NCBI GenBank assembly: GCA_964404335.1
Contig: CAYOJR010000002.1
Coordinates: 1 to 44,235, forward strand
Origin: an uncultured Aquabacterium sp.
GTDB taxonomy: Bacteria; Pseudomonadota; Gammaproteobacteria; Burkholderiales; Burkholderiaceae_C
Direction of reading: 5' to 3'
Length of the DNA stretch: 44,235 nucleotides
The notes below the pieces were generated by a model that was given only the letters and a program-made list of their open reading frames with translations, made no database searches and was not told the origin of the DNA. Position numbers and translations under genes: made by a program. Numbering within the stretch: the stretch's first letter is position 1; every line of letters starts with the position of its first letter. Positions 29,853 to 39,281 of the stretch are shown one piece after another.

Positions 29853-30896
29853 ATGCCTGCACCAGCCCCCCGCCGCATCCTCATCGTCCGACTCTCCGCT
29901 CTCGGCGATGTGGTCATGGCCTCTGGTCTCATCCATGCGCTGCGACAGCGCTACCCCGACGCAGAAATCAGCTGGCTGACCGAAGCACCAGCAGCCCCCC
30001 TGCTGCGCCACAACCCCCGGCTCAAAGAAGTCCTGATCTGGCCACGCGCTGAGTGGCGCAGCCTTTGGCAGTCACGCCAACTGGCCTCACTCTGGCAGGC
30101 CATCCGGACATTTCGCCGCAACCTGCGTGAGCGCGAGTTCGACCTCGTTCTCGACGCACAAGGCCTGCTGAAAAGCGGCATCTGCGCCTGGTTCACGGGT
30201 GCCCCCCGACGCATCAGCATCATGGGGCGTGAAGGCAGCCATCTGCTGGTCCATGAGCGCCTCATCCCGCCTGTCGGCCAAGACCGCCGCATCAGCTCGG
30301 AGTACCGCTATCTGGCCTCGTACCTGGGCGCCCAGGACGCAGATTTCCAACTGGACCTTGCTGTGGGAGCCGCGCAGGCCAGCGCCGCTGAACGTCTCTG
30401 GCATAGCTGGGGCCAACCGTCGAAACTGGCCTTGCTGTGCCCCTTCACCACACGCCCGCAAAAGCACTGGTTTGAAGACCGCTGGGCTGAGTTGGCACGC
30501 CAGCTTCAAGCCGAGGGCTGGCATCCCGTGATCGTGGGCGGCCCAGCCGACCAGGAAGCCGCTGTGCGGATCTGCGGCCAGGTGCCTGGCTTGATCAACG
30601 TGGCAGGCCAACTCAAACTGGACGAGAGCGTGGCCCTCGTCGCACGCAGCCAGTTGTTGATCGGCGTGGACACCGGACTCACCCACATGGGCACCGCCCT
30701 GCGCGTGCCTACCGTGGCCCTCTTCGGCTCAACCTGCCCGTATGCAGACCCCGCAGCCGAGCGCTCTCAGATCCTGTACGACCAACTGCCGTGCTCACCC
30801 TGCCGGCGTCATCCCACGTGTGATGGACGCTTCGATTGCATGCGTCAACTCACCGTGACGCGTGTGCTTGAGGCCGCGCAACACGTCACGCGCTGA
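29853..30896 (+). CDS. GT9 heptosyltransferase (WaaC/WaaF-like)
   Basis: ILIVRLSALGDV, DAQGLLKS, KHW, GVDTGLTH, ALFGST, CSPC. Confidence 0.88.
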   Translation: MPAPAPRRILIVRLSALGDVVMASGLIHALRQRYPDAEISWLTEAPAAPLLRHNPRLKEVLIWPRAEWRSLWQSRQLASLWQAIRTFRRNLREREFDLVLDAQGLLKSGICAWFTGAPRRISIMGREGSHLLVHERLIPPVGQDRRISSEYRYLASYLGAQDADFQLDLAVGAAQASAAERLWHSWGQPSKLALLCPFTTRPQKHWFEDRWAELARQLQAEGWHPVIVGGPADQEAAVRICGQVPGLINVAGQLKLDESVALVARSQLLIGVDTGLTHMGTALRVPTVALFGSTCPYADPAAERSQILYDQLPCSPCRRHPTCDGRFDCMRQLTVTRVLEAAQHVTR

Positions 30897-30919
30897 CCCG
30901 CAGGCGCGGCCTTGAGTCT

Positions 30920-32014
30920 TTACCGACCCAACAACCGTCGGTACACCGCGCGGTTGCCCGCAGCCATCTGCGGCGCCGTGAAGTCACTCTCAATGTAAGC
31001 CGGCCCCGCCTGCCCAAACTGTCTGCGCAAGGCCGGATCATCCAGCAAACGAGTCAAAGCGGCGGCCAAAGCCTGTGTATCGCCTACCGGCACCAGCAAA
31101 CCCGTCACGTTCTCGCAAATGGCTTCTGGAATGCCACCCACGCGTGTCCCCACAGATGGCACTCCGGCCGCAGCAGCCTGCAAACACACGTTCGCCAGCC
31201 CCTCGGTGTAGGCAGGGTGTGCCAACACATCCAGCGTCCCCATCCAGTGGTTCAGATCGTCCCGAAACCCTGCAAACACCACGCGATCCGGCCCGAGTCC
31301 GCGCGCTGCCGCCTCGGCAGGCAAAACATCCGACAAGGGGCCGCGACCAAAGACAATCAACTGAACCTTCGGGTGCGTGCCCTCGATCAGCTTCAAGGCA
31401 TCAAACAGGAGCACATGCCCCTTGCGCGGAATCAACTGTGCCGCGATACCCACAATCGGCGCCGCAGCATCCAGACCAAAGGTACGCGCCAACTCTTCCT
31501 TGCTGCCCGGCGACTGGAACAGCTTGGGGTTGATGGCACTGTGAACCACCGTGATCTTCTCGGCGGGGACACCATTGCTCACCAGCACATCCTTGACCCC
31601 TTGCGCCACCGCCACTACATGGCGATAGAGCGGGTACTTGATGGCCACGGCCAGTCGTCCCTCGGCGTTGTCCACCCGACGCGACAACACCGCCGGCACC
31701 CCGGCCCACTTGGCACCCAGGCCACCCCAGACATCCGCCCCCCGGCGGCTGTGCACATGCACCAGATCCGGCTTGAGTTGCTTGAGCAAAGCGGCGAAGC
31801 GGAAGATGAAACCCACATCGGCATCGCCCGACATGGGCAACTCCACCACATTGGCACCTTGCTCACGCCCCCGCACGGCCATCTCGCTGCCCTTCGCGCA
31901 CACCAGGGTGCACTTCACCCCCAAGGCAGGCAGATGCTCCTGCAGGTACAGCACCTGACGTGCGCCGCCATACACATGCATGCCGGTTTCAAGGTGAACG
32001 ATGTGAACTGTCAT
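30920..32014 (-). CDS. GT4 glycosyltransferase
   Basis: YGGARQV, VHVHSRR, QLIPRKGH, FAGFRDD, EGLANVCLQA, VGGIPE; start moved to MTVHIVHLE. Confidence 0.88.
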   Translation of the reverse strand: MTVHIVHLETGMHVYGGARQVLYLQEHLPALGVKCTLVCAKGSEMAVRGREQGANVVELPMSGDADVGFIFRFAALLKQLKPDLVHVHSRRGADVWGGLGAKWAGVPAVLSRRVDNAEGRLAVAIKYPLYRHVVAVAQGVKDVLVSNGVPAEKITVVHSAINPKLFQSPGSKEELARTFGLDAAAPIVGIAAQLIPRKGHVLLFDALKLIEGTHPKVQLIVFGRGPLSDVLPAEAAARGLGPDRVVFAGFRDDLNHWMGTLDVLAHPAYTEGLANVCLQAAAAGVPSVGTRVGGIPEAICENVTGLLVPVGDTQALAAALTRLLDDPALRRQFGQAGPAYIESDFTAPQMAAGNRAVYRRLLGR

Positions 32015-32265
32015 AAACCAGCGAGATTCCCAAGAGCGGACCCGAATTATGAAGCGTTCCTCATCGACGGGTCTCCCCTCTGCGTCCTCCGCGCCAGCAC
32101 CACGTCTGCTGAGCCGCCTCCAATGGGTCTGGCGGGGCATGGATGGGTACAATCACCCGCAAACAGCATCCTGGCCTCCAAACGCTTCGGCGTGGCTCAA
32201 TGCAGCAACAACGCCGGCCCGCGTGGCGGCGTTTTTCATTTCAGCCTCCGCACATTGCGCGCCAC

Positions 32266-34008
32266 ATGACCCAACGCACAAACCGCGAGCTCTACCTGAG
32301 ACTGCTCAGGTGTCTACGCCCGCACTGGCACATCTTCGCTCTGGGCGTGGCCGCCATGGTGTTGTATGCCGGCACGGAAACCGCCATCCCCCTCTTGCTC
32401 AAAGAGCTTCTGGACGGCAGCTTCACAAATCAAAGCAACCGCTCACTTCACTCCACGCCGCTGCTTCTGGTCGGTCTCTTCGTGGCGCGCGGCCTGACCG
32501 ACTACGTCCATACCACCGCCTTGAGCATCGTGGCCAACAAGGTCGTGCTCGACATGCGAACGCGGATGTTCGACAAACTGCTGCGACTGCCCACCAGCCA
32601 CTTCGACAGTGTGACCAACGCGGCCCTGATCTCCCGGCTGACTTACAACACCCAGCAGATCGCCCCCATCGTCACGGTTTCGCTCATCACGCTCGTCAAG
32701 GACACCCTCACCGTCGTCGGCTTGCTGGGTTACATGCTGTGGATGAACTGGCAACTGTCCCTGGCCTTCTTCACCGTGCTGCCCCTGATCGGTTGGACCA
32801 TTCGCTCCGTCAGTCGCCGCTTGCGCGCGCTGAGCAAATCGCAACAATCGACCATGGGCACGCTGTCGCACGTGCTCGATGAAGTCATCGGCGGGCATCG
32901 CGAAATTCGCATCTTCGGCAGTGAGCGCTACGAGGCTCAGCGCTTCTTCAACGCTGCCAACGCCATCCGCCGCTACAGCATGAAAGTGGTCACCACGGCA
33001 GCCGCCAACGGGCCCATCGTGCAGACCATCGCCGTCCTTGCGCTGGCGGCCATCATCTACTACGCCTCGCTGCAGTCGAGCATGAACCAGTTGACCGTGG
33101 GCGGCTTCGTGTCCTTCTTCGGTGCGATGGCCCTGCTGCTGTCACCCCTGAAGCGACTGTCCAACGTCAACGAGCAGTTGCAACGCGGGTTGGCCGCAGC
33201 GCAGTCCGTGTTCGAGTTTCTCGAAGCTCCCGAAGAGATGGATGCCGGCACCCAGACGATCGGGCGTGCAAAAGGTCATCTGCGTTTCGAGCAGGTCAGC
33301 TTCAGCTATCCCAAGACCGACCGAAGCGCCCTCACCGACATCACGCTGGAGATTCAACCGGGAGAGACCGTCGCGCTGGTCGGCTCTTCGGGCAGCGGCA
33401 AATCCACACTGATGTCGTTGATCCCCCGTTTCTACGAACCCAGCCAGGGTCGCATCCTGATCGACGGTGTGGACATCCACCAGTTGAAGTTGAGCGATTT
33501 GCGCGCCAACATTGGCTTGGTTACCCAAAATGTGGTGCTCTTCAATGACACCGTTGCGGCCAACATCGCCTACGGCCGCCCTGATGTGAGTGAAGACGAC
33601 ATCCGGCGTGCTGCGCAAGCGGCCAATGCGCTCGATTTCATCGAAGCCTTGCCGCAGGGCTTCCAGACCGAGATTGGCGAAAACGGATCCCGCCTTTCCG
33701 GTGGTCAGCGTCAGCGCATCTCGATTGCGCGCGCGCTCCTCAAGGATGCCCCTATCCTGCTGCTCGACGAAGCCACGTCCGCACTGGACACGGAGTCTGA
33801 ACGCGCCGTGCAAGTGGCACTCGACAACGCTCGGCACGGCCGCACCACGCTCGTGATCGCACACCGACTCTCCACGATCGTCAATGCAGATCGCATCGTG
33901 GTGATGAGCGAAGGAAGTATTGCAGAAATCGGCACCCATCAGGAATTGCTGATGTTAAAGGGCATATACAACAACCTGTATCGCATGCAGTTCTCAAAAG
34001 AAGAATAA
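32266..34008 (+). CDS. msbA: MsbA-like lipid flippase ABC transporter (copy 1)
   Basis: TM domain plus NBD GSSGSGKS, LFNDTVAANIAYG, LSGGQRQR, LLDEATSALD, IAHRLST; 580 aa. Confidence 0.88.
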   Translation: MTQRTNRELYLRLLRCLRPHWHIFALGVAAMVLYAGTETAIPLLLKELLDGSFTNQSNRSLHSTPLLLVGLFVARGLTDYVHTTALSIVANKVVLDMRTRMFDKLLRLPTSHFDSVTNAALISRLTYNTQQIAPIVTVSLITLVKDTLTVVGLLGYMLWMNWQLSLAFFTVLPLIGWTIRSVSRRLRALSKSQQSTMGTLSHVLDEVIGGHREIRIFGSERYEAQRFFNAANAIRRYSMKVVTTAAANGPIVQTIAVLALAAIIYYASLQSSMNQLTVGGFVSFFGAMALLLSPLKRLSNVNEQLQRGLAAAQSVFEFLEAPEEMDAGTQTIGRAKGHLRFEQVSFSYPKTDRSALTDITLEIQPGETVALVGSSGSGKSTLMSLIPRFYEPSQGRILIDGVDIHQLKLSDLRANIGLVTQNVVLFNDTVAANIAYGRPDVSEDDIRRAAQAANALDFIEALPQGFQTEIGENGSRLSGGQRQRISIARALLKDAPILLLDEATSALDTESERAVQVALDNARHGRTTLVIAHRLSTIVNADRIVVMSEGSIAEIGTHQELLMLKGIYNNLYRMQFSKEE

Positions 34009-34084
34009 ATCAAACCGCACGCGAAACTTCATGTGTCGCCCCTGAAAAAGTTTCTCTTCAAATCATACAAAGCCGGGTTTAAAA

Positions 34085-34975
34085 ATGATTTTGACCGAAG
34101 ACGGGAAGGTGCCTGTACATTGGTGGACACACGCCAAAAACTTCGGAGATCTTTTATCACCTTGGCTTGTAAGCAAGATCACCCATAGAGATGTTGCGTA
34201 TGTTGACTGCCACCAGATCAATTACACAACCATAGGATCGATACTCGGACACGCCACCGACAACAGCATATTGTGGGGAACAGGAGCATTTGGCACAGAG
34301 AAACCAAGACGGAAGAATCCGACAGAATTCAAGAGATTCTCCCCAAATGCAAATTACACCGCCGTTCGAGGCCCTCTCACAAGGAACATTCTAGAAACCA
34401 AAGGCATCAAATGCCCAAGAGTTTACGGAGATCCTGCACTACTTGCTCCAAGATATTTCACCCCGCACCCTGTCCGAGATGAAGAAAAATACACTCTTGG
34501 GATCATTCTACGTTGGTCCGAAAAATCAAAACAGAAAGAAGAATTCGACCCAAGAGTCAAAGTCATATATCTGGACACCGATCAAATCGAAGAAACGATT
34601 CAAGACATTTGCTCCTGCCACAACATCTTAACCACCTCCCTCCATGGTTTAATCATGGCAGATGCCTACGGCATACCCAATGCCTGGCTATACTCTGACA
34701 CACCAACCGGCCTAGAATTCAAGTACTGGGACTATCTCACATCAGTCTCAAAAGTCCGAAAACCTTACCTGTGCAACCTATCACAACTACCTCAGATGGG
34801 ATTGGAAAGAATCATGAATGAGGCAAATTTTGACGGGCGACACATTGATATTGATCTCGACCTCCTTGAAGCTGTCTGCCCCTTCACACCGGGGCGCGAA
34901 CCCGATGTCATTGCACCCAATTACAAAATCAGAAAGAAGTGGTGGCTGTTCGGACCACAGACACTGACATCATGA
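34085..34975 (+). CDS. Polysaccharide pyruvyltransferase family (ExoV-like)
   Basis: NFGDLLSP, IGSIL, WGTG, VRGPLTR, GDPALL, SLHGLIMADAYGIP; low GC. Confidence 0.8.
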   Translation: MILTEDGKVPVHWWTHAKNFGDLLSPWLVSKITHRDVAYVDCHQINYTTIGSILGHATDNSILWGTGAFGTEKPRRKNPTEFKRFSPNANYTAVRGPLTRNILETKGIKCPRVYGDPALLAPRYFTPHPVRDEEKYTLGIILRWSEKSKQKEEFDPRVKVIYLDTDQIEETIQDICSCHNILTTSLHGLIMADAYGIPNAWLYSDTPTGLEFKYWDYLTSVSKVRKPYLCNLSQLPQMGLERIMNEANFDGRHIDIDLDLLEAVCPFTPGREPDVIAPNYKIRKKWWLFGPQTLTS

Positions 34976-35129
34976 GCCACAAACTGCTCAACACCAAAAC
35001 ATAAAACTCACTCACAAGTTTCAGAGCGGCGCACACCTTCACATCACAACTCCGGCAACCAGCCCTCACAAACACACTGCTTTTGAATTTATCATAATCA
35101 AAAACATCACTCTAAAGGTCAATTAAAAA

Positions 35130-35726
35130 ATGGGAACAGAACCGTTGTTGGACATAGAAACCGGCCGCAAACTTCTGCTGAACGTCGTAGATCTTCTGGA
35201 CAAGCACAACATCCCGTACCACCTGGAGGGCGGCACACTGCTCGGCTTGGTGCGCGACGGTGATCTGCTACCGTGGGACCACGACTTGGACATCTCTATC
35301 CCTGCTGAACACATTGCGCGGTTTAATGCATCAAAGCGTATTGCATTGCGATTGCAACTCTGGCGCGTGTCCCAACGAAAGTTCACCGCCGACAGCGATA
35401 ACCAAGGTTGGAAAAATGGTGACCTGCGCATCTTCAAAGTTTGCAAACGCAAGCAGGTCTTCTCCAAAGGCTGGCCACGCCTGGACATTTTTGTGAAGTA
35501 TCGCCATGACGGCAAAGTGTGGTGGGCTGCCAAAGGGCGCATCATGGGCGTCGATGCCCGCCATTACGATGGCCACGAAACCATCGAATACATGGGACGA
35601 CAACTCAAAGCCCCTGTTGACTATCGAGGGTACCTGACCGCCAAGTACGGCGACTGGTCCACACCCGTCAAGGAGTGGAACTGCGGGACCGACGAAGGCA
35701 CGATCGTCGGCGATCTCAAGACTTGA
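35130..35726 (+). CDS. LicD/fukutin-family phosphotransferase
   Basis: GGTLLGLVRDGDLLPWDHDLDI, LDIF, YLTAKYGDW. Confidence 0.85.
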   Translation: MGTEPLLDIETGRKLLLNVVDLLDKHNIPYHLEGGTLLGLVRDGDLLPWDHDLDISIPAEHIARFNASKRIALRLQLWRVSQRKFTADSDNQGWKNGDLRIFKVCKRKQVFSKGWPRLDIFVKYRHDGKVWWAAKGRIMGVDARHYDGHETIEYMGRQLKAPVDYRGYLTAKYGDWSTPVKEWNCGTDEGTIVGDLKT

Positions 35727-36792
35727 GCAGATAGTCGGCAATCCGCACGGAGGCCATGCCATCCACCGCACCGATGAGATGCCGGGTGCAATCAGCGCGT
35801 CCGGGTGCATGCATGTGCGGGTTGCGCACTTGCTCCCTGATCACCTCTGGCAGCAACGCCGCCTTGCTGACATGAGCGCCCACATGCTTGAAGGCATGAA
35901 TGGTCTGGTCCATCCGCTTGGTGTGCCGGAAGCTCAATAAGCCCCGATAGGCCCAGCGAAGCTTGTAGAAGTCACACCACACCACGGGACGGTCTAGCGC
36001 CGCAAACTCAAAGAGTGCCGATGACGCCTCGCTCACCAGAACGTCGGACACCGCCATGAAGGGCAACAAAGACAAGGCCCCTTCACGCGCCACATGCACA
36101 TTGGGCTCACGATCCCACCGGTTCAACAAACGCTGCTGCGATGCATAGCGATCACTCGCCCATGTCAGCATATGCGGCTTGATGATGATGTTGAAGTCAT
36201 GCAGCCATTGCGGCCAATCTGTGGGCAAACACTCGATGGAGCTGGGATAGAACGTGGGTGCGTATAACACCGTGGGTCGTTCAGCCAACAACCCCACTGA
36301 GGCCAAATCGAAGGCATCAGACACCAAGCCCTGTCCCGACAGCAGAGGGTCGAGTTTGGCAAATCCGGTATCGACAAAGTTGCCCCCTGGATATCGCCGT
36401 CTCAGCTCGGCCGTCCTGAACACCCCTTCGGTGAACCGAACGGTGAACTCTGCCAAGTCGGCATCGTAGTAGCAAGCCTTGACGCCAATGCCGTGGTAGA
36501 TCAGCGCCGTCTTCAAGCGGGCAGGCAAATCAGACCGGAAACTGCAACCGTTGCCAAACACAGCCCAATCGGCATCAGCTGCCGCATGAACCCGAAGCAC
36601 TTCGCCACGCGACGCGATCACATGCTGAAGTTGCAGATGCTGCAAGCGGGAAACAACCGCAGCCACAAAGCGCGGGTCGTTGTCTGCATGGACAACACAC
36701 TGCACATCAACGCCACGCCGCACCAGTTCTAGCGCAACAGGTTCGTACTGGGGCCAGTAATACGGACTGGCGATGTCAAAAACGATCCGCAC
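35716..36792 (-). CDS. CDP-glycerol glycerophosphotransferase family (TagB/TagF-like)
   Basis: YHGIGVK, TGFAKLD, VLYAPTF, IIKPH, SDVLVSEASSALFEFAALDRPVV, DGMASVRI. Confidence 0.8.
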   Translation of the reverse strand: MRIVFDIASPYYWPQYEPVALELVRRGVDVQCVVHADNDPRFVAAVVSRLQHLQLQHVIASRGEVLRVHAAADADWAVFGNGCSFRSDLPARLKTALIYHGIGVKACYYDADLAEFTVRFTEGVFRTAELRRRYPGGNFVDTGFAKLDPLLSGQGLVSDAFDLASVGLLAERPTVLYAPTFYPSSIECLPTDWPQWLHDFNIIIKPHMLTWASDRYASQQRLLNRWDREPNVHVAREGALSLLPFMAVSDVLVSEASSALFEFAALDRPVVWCDFYKLRWAYRGLLSFRHTKRMDQTIHAFKHVGAHVSKAALLPEVIREQVRNPHMHAPGRADCTRHLIGAVDGMASVRIADYLLKS

Positions 36793-36810
36793 GGGCGCTC
36801 AACCACGTGT

Positions 36811-37215
36811 TCACTGCGAACACGCATCCGACTGAATGATGTCTGCCTTGACCATGGTGGTCGAGATGCTGGGCGTGCGCTCAAGGTAGATGACCTTGCA
36901 AACATCAGACATGTCGTCAAAACGACCTTTCCAGTCGTCGCCCATCACCAGGATGTCCGCACGATGCTGCAGGATGTAGTCTCGCTTGAGTTCCAGGCTG
37001 TCTTCCAGAAACACCTCGTCGACACCCTTGATCGCTTGCACGATCGCCATGCGTTGATCTTCTGGATAAACCGGTCGCAGATTCTTCTTACGGAAATTCA
37101 GCGCATCCGAGGAGACACCCACAACGAGATAATCGCCCAGGGCACGCGCACGCTCCAAAATGCGCAGGTGTCCGATGTGGAACAGATCAAACGTTCCGAA
37201 TGTAATCACGCGCAC
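36811..37215 (-). CDS. tagD: Glycerol-3-phosphate cytidylyltransferase-like (TagD family)
   Basis: ITFGTFDLFHIGH (HXGH), VGVSSD, MGDDWKGRFD, RTPSISTT; GTG 37215 has a GGAG SD (ATG 37230 is an alternative). Confidence 0.8.
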   Translation of the reverse strand: MRVITFGTFDLFHIGHLRILERARALGDYLVVGVSSDALNFRKKNLRPVYPEDQRMAIVQAIKGVDEVFLEDSLELKRDYILQHRADILVMGDDWKGRFDDMSDVCKVIYLERTPSISTTMVKADIIQSDACSQ

Positions 37216-37282
37216 ATCAACTCCGTTCATCAAATCTTTCTATTTTCTCATACGTAATCGCTGAGAAGAGCGGGGCGCACCA

Positions 37283-38320
37283 TCAGGCTGCTGGGCCTGA
37301 CAGCAGGTGCGTCACGCAGTCGGCTAGGTCTTTGAACGAGGCGTCAGCCTGGGCGTGCTCTCCCGACGACTCCGAGTTGTCGGACTGAACGATGTAGGCC
37401 CGCCCCACCCCGGCGGCGCGGGCCGCCTCGATGTCCGAAGGCTTGTCACCGACCAGAAATGAGTCGGCCAGCGAAACCCCCAGCTCCTGCGCGGCCCGCA
37501 AGATCATGCCCGGTGCGGGCTTGCGGCAGTCGCACTCCACCGCCAATTCGGCCACCTGACCTTTGGGGTGGTGAGGGCAGTGGTACACCGCCTCCACATC
37601 GGCACCGGCCTGTGCCAAGGCCGCGCACATGGCAGCAGTCAGCGCCTGGTACTCGGCCTCGGAATACATGCCGCGCGCCAGACCCGACTGGTTGGTCACC
37701 ACCACCAAGGCATACCCGGCTTCACGCAGGCGGCGCATGGCATCGACAGCACCCGGCACAAACTCGAACTCGTCCCATTTATGCACATAGGCACGGTCGA
37801 GGTTGATCACCCCATCCCGGTCCAGAAATGCGACTTTGCGCCCTGTGCCAGCCCGAATGCGCTGAACGAGCGAGGTGGTGGAGTAACCATCCACAAACGG
37901 AATGGCCACGGCATTGCCGCCCCAGCTGCGCACCACGCGGGTCTCTTCCAGCGTTTCCATATCGTAATCGCCGCCCTTCACGTACAGGTCAGGGCGCACC
38001 GCCTCGATCAAAGACACCGGCGTGCGTTCGTCAAAGAAAGTCACCAACGACACCGATGCCAGTCCTGCCAACACAGTGGCACGGTCTTCGGCCCTGTTCA
38101 GCGGGCGATCTGGGCCCTTGCCCAACATCCGCGCCGAGGCGTCCGAGTTCACCGCCACAACCAGAGAGCCCCCCAGCTTGCGGGCCTCATGCAGGTAGTT
38201 CACATGACCGCGATGGAGCACATCGAACACCCCATTGGTGAAGACCACAGGTCGCTTCAAGGCTGCCACGCGTTCAACCGCCTGCTCACGCGGGCACACC
38301 TTGTCCATGAACTCGCTCAC
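37283..38320 (-). CDS. rfaE2-gmhB: Fused heptose-1-P adenylyltransferase (RfaE2/HldC) and heptose-1,7-bisphosphate phosphatase (GmhB)
   Basis: FTNGVFDVLHRGH, NSDAS, KGGDY, GYSTT; then in frame AFLDRDGVIN, TNQSG, CPHHP..CDCRKP, GDKPSD; GTG 38320 overlaps upstream TGA, SD GAGGAG. Confidence 0.92.
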   Translation of the reverse strand: MSEFMDKVCPREQAVERVAALKRPVVFTNGVFDVLHRGHVNYLHEARKLGGSLVVAVNSDASARMLGKGPDRPLNRAEDRATVLAGLASVSLVTFFDERTPVSLIEAVRPDLYVKGGDYDMETLEETRVVRSWGGNAVAIPFVDGYSTTSLVQRIRAGTGRKVAFLDRDGVINLDRAYVHKWDEFEFVPGAVDAMRRLREAGYALVVVTNQSGLARGMYSEAEYQALTAAMCAALAQAGADVEAVYHCPHHPKGQVAELAVECDCRKPAPGMILRAAQELGVSLADSFLVGDKPSDIEAARAAGVGRAYIVQSDNSESSGEHAQADASFKDLADCVTHLLSGPAA

Positions 38321-39246
38321 GCGCACAACTCCTCATGGCTCACATGGGCAGTGCCGAACTTGCCCACGACAATGCCGCCAGCACGGTTGGCATACACCAT
38401 CGCCTCACGCAGAGGCACCCCACAGGCCACCATGGCCGCCATGGTTGCGATCACGGTATCGCCGGCGCCGGTCACGTCATAGACCTCGCGGGCCTGCGCC
38501 GGCTCGTGCTTCTCACCCTCGGCATCGAACAAGGTCATACCCTCTTCCGATCGGGTCAGCAGAACCGCCTCCAAAGCCAGCTTCGCCTTCAGCGACTGAA
38601 CCCGTTGCGTCAGTGTGGCCTCATCCGGCCACACACCGATCACTTCGGCCAACTCGGCGCGGTTGGGGGTGATCACCGTCGCACCGGCGTAGCGGTCAAA
38701 GTCACTTCCCTTCGGGTCGATCAGCACCGGCTTGCCCGCCTGTCGCGCGAGGCTGATCATACGGGGCACATGGGTCAGGCCCCCCTTGCCATAGTCCGAG
38801 AACAATACGACATCGTGGTGCTGCAACTCACGTTCGAAGTCATTGAGCAGCTGCGCCAGCGCCTCATGGGTCGGCTCCCGCTCAAAGTCGATGCGCAGCA
38901 ACTGCTGAGAACGACCGATCACACGCAGTTTGACAATCGTCTGCAGTTGCGGATCTTCCCCCAGCACAGCCTCGACACCCTTCTCAGTCAACAACTTGCC
39001 GAGTCGGCGCCCGGCATCATCCTGCCCGACCATGCTCAGCAAGGTGGCTCTAGCACCCAAGGTGGTCACGTTCAAAGCCACGTTCGCGGCTCCGCCCAAA
39101 CGATCCTGTTCTTGTGACACCCGGACCACCGGCACGGGGGCCTCCGGAGAAATGCGGTCCACCGCCCCAAACCAATAGCGGTCCAACATCACATCGCCCA
39201 CCACAAGCACACGGCAGCGCGACAAAGCCTCTTTGCTCGGAATCAA
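38317..39246 (-). CDS. rfaE1: Heptose-7-phosphate kinase (RfaE1/HldA)
   Basis: VVGDVMLDRY, RISPEAPVPV, GGAANVA, SDYGKG, TPNRAE, DVTGAGDTV; TTG 39246 with AAGGAG SD (GTG 39285 is an alternative). Confidence 0.93.
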   Translation of the reverse strand: MIPSKEALSRCRVLVVGDVMLDRYWFGAVDRISPEAPVPVVRVSQEQDRLGGAANVALNVTTLGARATLLSMVGQDDAGRRLGKLLTEKGVEAVLGEDPQLQTIVKLRVIGRSQQLLRIDFEREPTHEALAQLLNDFERELQHHDVVLFSDYGKGGLTHVPRMISLARQAGKPVLIDPKGSDFDRYAGATVITPNRAELAEVIGVWPDEATLTQRVQSLKAKLALEAVLLTRSEEGMTLFDAEGEKHEPAQAREVYDVTGAGDTVIATMAAMVACGVPLREAMVYANRAGGIVVGKFGTAHVSHEELCA

Positions 39247-39281
39247 ACCCGCTCCTTCATCTTCTTGCCCCTCACCAGCGC

